Assembly: GCA_047495785.1 (NCBI GenBank)
Contig: JBLDXI010000024.1
Location: forward strand, 3,844,001-3,908,000
DNA: 64,000 bases
Reading direction: 5' to 3'
Source: Lepidodermella squamata
Lineage: Eukaryota > Animalia > Gastrotricha
Shown here: positions 58,510-64,000 of the stretch, one piece after another
How positions within the stretch are numbered: position 1 is the first letter of the stretch
Layout: the number at the start of each line of letters is the position of its first letter
The notes under the pieces: generated by a model
Told to the model about the DNA's origin: nothing
The model's input: the letters and a program-made list of their open reading frames with translations, nothing else
Database searches by the model: none
Position numbers and translations under genes: made by a program

Positions 58510-61500
58510 TCATTTCTTTGAATCAATAACAACTCTGTTATTTTGCACATTTGTAACAACGTCAACAATAAGGCCCTGGCCGATGAAGCGGAAATCGGCC
58601 AGTGCAGCCGCCTGGTTCGTCGTCAGGCACACTTCCATGTCGCCTTGTTTCAAGTGCGGCGGCACTTTTTTACCCGCATCCGCGCTCACAGTCGGCTGGC
58701 TTAAATTCATATTTTGAAGCTGCAAAACGCGAAATTATAAAACCTGAGAGAAATTATTAAAAAAATCCACCTTAAATTCTCTCTCTCCGGTCGGCCTCCA
58801 AACAACTCCGATTTTCGAACCACCGTAACGGTCATAGAAAAAGAGCGCAATTTCACCGTAAGCCGCCTTAAAAATAAATTCAAATTCAATTTTAATCAGG
58901 GAAATGTGAGAAAACATACCCTTAATTCAGAAACAAGTTTCTCCTGCATATCGAAATCCACGACAGGGAATTTCTTGCTCGTAACCACAACGGCACTAGT
59001 CGATCCAGTCGTAACATTCGATTTTTTGCTCTCCTTGAATTTCGGCACGTACATGCTGTTTTCTTCTCTTCCCATGGTCCGATGCGCAGTGATTGATTCG
59101 TGTCGCCTCGACAGGAATTTGTGGTCCAAATCTAGGACGACATCGAAAACAGCCAGGTCCGGCGTGAATAAACTGTTGAACAGCCCCGAGCAGTCGAACG
59201 CGATTGAAGGCGCGTTTTTACTCATGATAATCGACATTATTGAGTCGTAGGTACTCGCGCATAGTTGAAGCATGCGATTCACGACGACAACAGACGGCGA
59301 TTCTCGCGTCCAGTCCGAAACTGGGTCGACTGGTGAGATGACGGTAAACGCCGGGTAGTTGCTGCGATTTTTCGCGAAATCCAGCATCAACTCATTGAGG
59401 CGGTCGTGCGAAAATTCAGTGTTCAAATTGGCGATGATAGGTGATAATCGCCAGTCATGTGTTGCGATGAGTTTCAGAAATCGAACAAACCCGGCTAGCG
59501 GGGTTTGCGGGTAGGGCATGGTCGATGGGCAGACGAAGAGGTAGGCGACTAAAATGTCGATAACGTCGTCCGGAATGTGCCCGGTCAACATTTGAGAGGC
59601 GAGCCAGCGTTTTACCAAACGGCAGGTGCCTGAAAGAAAAAATACATACAGTTGTATGAATAAATTAAGAAGGCAAAAAATAATCAGAATACTCCTCCTT
59701 AATAATATTAATTTTTGAATGTTTTCAAAAAGACTTCAAACAGAATAATAATAATGTAGCTTTCATCTTTTTATCAAAATTCAACTCTATTTCAAAGACG
59801 AATGTTGTAACTCACAAGGCCGCTGATAATGAGCCGCCAAAATTAACCCCAAATGGTCTAAGGTTAGCCAGAATTTGGCAAAAATTGAAAAAATTCTCTA
59901 AATTTCGATTTCGATTTTTGATTTCGGAAAATCGAAAACATGGCCACCCTGGTTAAATTAATTTTCAATTTTTTTTAAATTGCAACCTTAATTTTTCAAT
60001 ATTCTATTCCCAATGATATTTGAAATTTACCTGAATATGCAAATGTTTGGCCAGTTGCAATCGCGTGTAAAATGGCTGTTAATTTCGGTCTTTGCTGAAT
60101 TTCGGCCGCCAACACTGCCGCCTGCTGCACCTTGCCCACGTCTAACATCGACGTTTTCCCAGTCGCCACATCCTTCTGCACCCGTAAAATGTTGATTTCG
60201 TGAACACAACGAAGTTTTAGCCGAAAAACGAATCCCTCAACCACGACATCGACCCAATTTTGGTTAGCCTGGCGAGGTAACTCGGGAAGTTCTTCGCCCA
60301 GGGCTCGGAATAACTGAACATGTAACGCAGCTCGGACCCGCCGGAAAGCGGCCCAGTCTTCCGGCCAAGGGTTACCACCCCCTTCCAGCATGATTACAAC
60401 GTCATTCGGTAGAATATAAGGCGGGCAAACTTTTTGCGAATTCGGCAATCGTGAATTATTGACTAAATCTGTCATGGACTGGTCGAAAGTGCATGGCAGG
60501 GGTGGGAAGACCTCAGTGAAACGATAGGCCGGTCCAACACCCTGAATAGACTGAAACCCGAGGGCCATTGATCTCTCAGCGCCTTTCAACATCTTGGAAA
60601 GCCGTTCGTAAGCTGCTGTAAAGCTTAAAAACAACTCTTCGCCCGACCCGTACCGGCGATTCGGGAATTTTCGAAGTACCGGGGTCAAAAGCCGGGTCAA
60701 ACCCAGGTCCGAGCAGAAAAGTGTCTCAGACCCGATCCCGCAGTGATTTTCAAGAATCCAACAAGCGGCCTGGTACGGAATTAACCTGCGACTCATTACA
60801 GTACGTTCAGCTGCCCTGACAATACCCTCTCTCTCAAGTATTGTGTCATCCCAAACAACAGCTTCGAGGATAGAACCGTCTTGAAATCGTCTCAGTTCAG
60901 ATTTTTTCATCCAAAAAGCGCGAAATCTCGCTGCTTCTATCGTATCAGCCGCTGGGCCTTTATCAATCACGTCCATGAAATTATCCGGGTTAAAGCAGAC
61001 TCCGATTTTCAAATCGATACCACGTGATTTGCGTCGAATCAAACACTCGGAAATAGGCAGTTTAACATTGAATTGCCGGTTGGTTTTTTCTTCGATGAAA
61101 TCAACGCACCGGACACGGCGGCCGATGCCTCGATTTAAGTTGTCGAGAATGAGGCGTTTCGCCTCGACAACCGCGTCAAGAGTCTGAGGCGAAACTGAAT
61201 CACTAATGTTTTCAACGTTTTCCAACCGGAAAGACCAAATTTGGTCGTAGAAATCGGTCACGTGGAATTGCGTCAGAAATGTCGGCTCAAATCGGTCGAA
61301 AGCCTCAGTCAACGCGGTAACAGTCTCGGCAGCCAGCATTTTCAGCTAAAAAATTACGCACAGGAAGTTAATTAATAATAAAAATCGTGTGAAGATTTTC
61401 ACACTTACTTTTTGCAGCTGGGAAGCGGACATCCGGTAGGCGTAATTGTGGAAACCGGACGAATCAGTCAAAACAACGTCGAATGACGACCAGTCCATAG

Positions 61501-62837
61501 CCGCCGCTTCCGATAACGCGGCTTTTTGCGTAGCTAGGATGCTAGGATGGTTATTAGCGGCAAAATTTTCGTCGCCAAGTGATTGCAGCGTAATTTTGAA
61601 GACTTGTAAAGGCGTCATCATTGCATTAAGCCGCTTTATACTCAGTAAATGGACAATAATAACCGACCAGAAGTATCCTGAAAAACCGGCACTCGTTGGC
61701 AACAAACTCTGTCGTTGCTTAGTCCAGATTTTCAACAATTTAAGACCGTTAATCAGACCCATATTCGGGCCAGTGTCCTCATTGCCGAAGGCATTTCCTC
61801 TTAAACCAAAAGCTGACTCAATCCGGTTTTGCGTATCATCCATTGTCAGATCAGCTAAGGCAGTTTGATTATAAACCAAAGAAATCGCTAGGCAATCGTC
61901 TAAAACAGAACAAAATTTATGGTACGAATTTTTTAAACAATCGAAACAAACCTAGACGAATATTTGAAATGTCGTTGGAAAAGCGATTGAGTTTCATCGT
62001 CGGTCTGTCGAAAAATGGAATCAATCTGATCGTGAATGATTTGACATGAGGTTCGCTTGTCTTGAGCAAGATAGCGGGCCATAGAACGTTCCCACCGATA
62101 TATGAATAGGAGATATCGGTGACTGCGCCAATTGGAGATTCTGACTGGTTTTTCAAATCGACAATGCGCGAGACCAGAGTTCTGAGAAAAACAGCTCGCT
62201 TCAGGAAGCAGCGATAATTTAAATAATCCTTGTCCTGCATCGACTCCTAAAAATAGCTCATAGGTTAATCAAAATAAAAACCTTATAGGTATCGGTATTA
62301 CCTGAGGCATGTAAACAGCGACATCAACAACTTTATCAATTGCACACTCCATATTCCATGCTCCACATGTAACAACTCGTTTTGGAGGTATGAATCGATA
62401 TGTGCCTTTCAAAGCAACACAATCGACTAGATCACGAGGAAATGGTATTTTCACGTCATCGTCGTTTTCAACATATGCCATTATTTCTAAAAGCTGTAAA
62501 TAACAAGGTAACATATGACTTTAATTCAAAGAGTTGGGCTTACTTGGTTGGCGGTACCGCTCGCGGGCAGTGTCGACAAAAAGTGAGCAATTTTGTGTAC
62601 ATAATTTTCGACAGCTTGCTTCGTAGCAGGAGCAATGGCAACTTCCTGTAGAAGCTCTTCTACCTAGAAAATTTGAAATCATACAAATACAAATACAAAA
62701 GTTAGACGACGAAAGCGGCAAACCTGCAACGAATAGAGGTGAGTGTTAAGCTGCTTCTCAGCAAACTCCAAAGACTTCAATTCGCCATATGTAGGAGGCC
62801 GATACAGCTCTTTCTTAGACAGCTTACCAGATGCCAT
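58510..62837 (-). CDS. NOL6: Nucleolar protein 6 (Nrap/Utp22), multi-exon
   Basis: ELYRPPT N-terminus, KDYLNYR..KRA, LLKIWTKQR, FRAFWMKKSELRRFQDGSILEAVVW, KRWLASQM, FLKLIATHDW, FFYDRYGG. Confidence 0.93.
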
Positions 62838-63742
62838 TAAAAATCTAAGAAAATATTGAGATAGAGAATGTTAATATAATTTTTAACCAAGATATGATAA
62901 TTAGGAATTATACCGGAACAAAATGATTTCATATTACGATATGAGAGAACTTATTATTATGGCAGCTAATTGGTAGCAACAATAATGAAATAAAAAATTG
63001 AATATCTTTATCAACGTAACAATTCGAAAATATAGATGGAAAACTTGATTCAGCGAAACGCCAGGGCTGGAGTGCGTTAGAAGCGTCAGAAGTAAAAGCA
63101 ACAAGTAACAACTTGAGCAGATCTGATGGAAAACTGTCAAATGCTAATTGGCAGTGAGCATACAGGCGACCAAGGTACGGCCCTCTAGCTGCGGTGTACT
63201 TATTTGCGATCAGGTTTCGATTACTCTCACTATGACATTAACTACTTCTACTTCTTCTGCTACCTGTTACTGCTCACTACTGCTCACTACCTGCTACTCA
63301 CGATATAACCAAGAGAAAACTCGGAGCTGGAACGGAGAGAAAGTTTTACGTCGTTCTTTCGAATAGCGCCAAAAAGAGCACGTGCTAAAAAGTCAAGGAT
63401 GGGTAATAAATAATTTTATTTATAATTTCGGCATTAAAGTATAGAATCAAATTGTCATTGACTGTTTTTATGCCTAATTACCGCTTTATTAGCAGTGTCT
63501 TTTATATTTTTGGAAATCTCGTTCGCGGCTCGCGTCACGTCACGATCGTGGCGCAGCATAAAGTCATAACTCATTTTTCTTACCGCAAAATTGCGTTTCT
63601 AGGTGGCTGACTAAGTCACGAGTGAATGGTGTCTTCACAATCTGCTAACAGAACAAGCAGACAAGTTGAATCGATTGGAAAAATCGACGGGACTCGAACC
63701 GATTAAACGAAATTCAATTGAAACAGCTTTCAAAATTTTCAG

Positions 63743-64000
63743 GACAATTCGGTGCTTTCGCTTGATCGGTTCGAGGAATTGAACCCCGTCGATTTTTCCG
63801 ATCGATTTAACTTGCTTGGGGACAAGCTGACCAAAGTTATCGAGCTGCGCGACAAGCAACTGCTCCTAGAATTAAGCGATTTCGACTTGGCTGAACGATG
63901 TCTCAAAGATGGCTTTGCAATGAAGCCGTTTATGCTCCGATTTCGTAATAAAGCCTCCGGACGTGATTCAGTGTTACCGCTGGCAGAAATTCGGCCGTCT
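63743..64000 (+). CDS. Possible exon of an unidentified gene running off the window end
   Basis: Open frame after a TTTTCAG acceptor (DNSVLSLDRFEELNPVDF...LAEIRPS); no recognisable motif. Confidence 0.3.

Overview
Compact, gene-dense animal nuclear DNA with short GT-AG introns (mostly ~40-70 nt) and motile-cilium genes. The left half has four tRNA clusters (24 tRNA-like genes, about 9 visibly damaged, one block present in three copies) and a tRNA-Sec gene with a TATA box. Two divergent receptor genes sit between the clusters: an ~965-aa Cys-loop ligand-gated ion channel fused to two tandem N-terminal beta-rich domains and a mucin-like stalk, and a class C GPCR. Conserved genes (RBM17, ACAD10, PIH1D3, LRGUK, RARS2, DUF229, POLR2C, TARBP2/Loqs-like, CNTD1, C7orf57-like, HAL, QNG1, NOL6) form same-strand runs with gaps as short as 26-88 bp and unpaired splice acceptors just before their ATGs, which suggests trans-spliced operons. 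A complete TIR-NB-ARC-ankyrin NLR-like gene is nested on the same strand in a 6.2-kb intron of the queuosine-salvage gene QNG1. All calls come from reading the sequence and recognising motifs; no searches were run.
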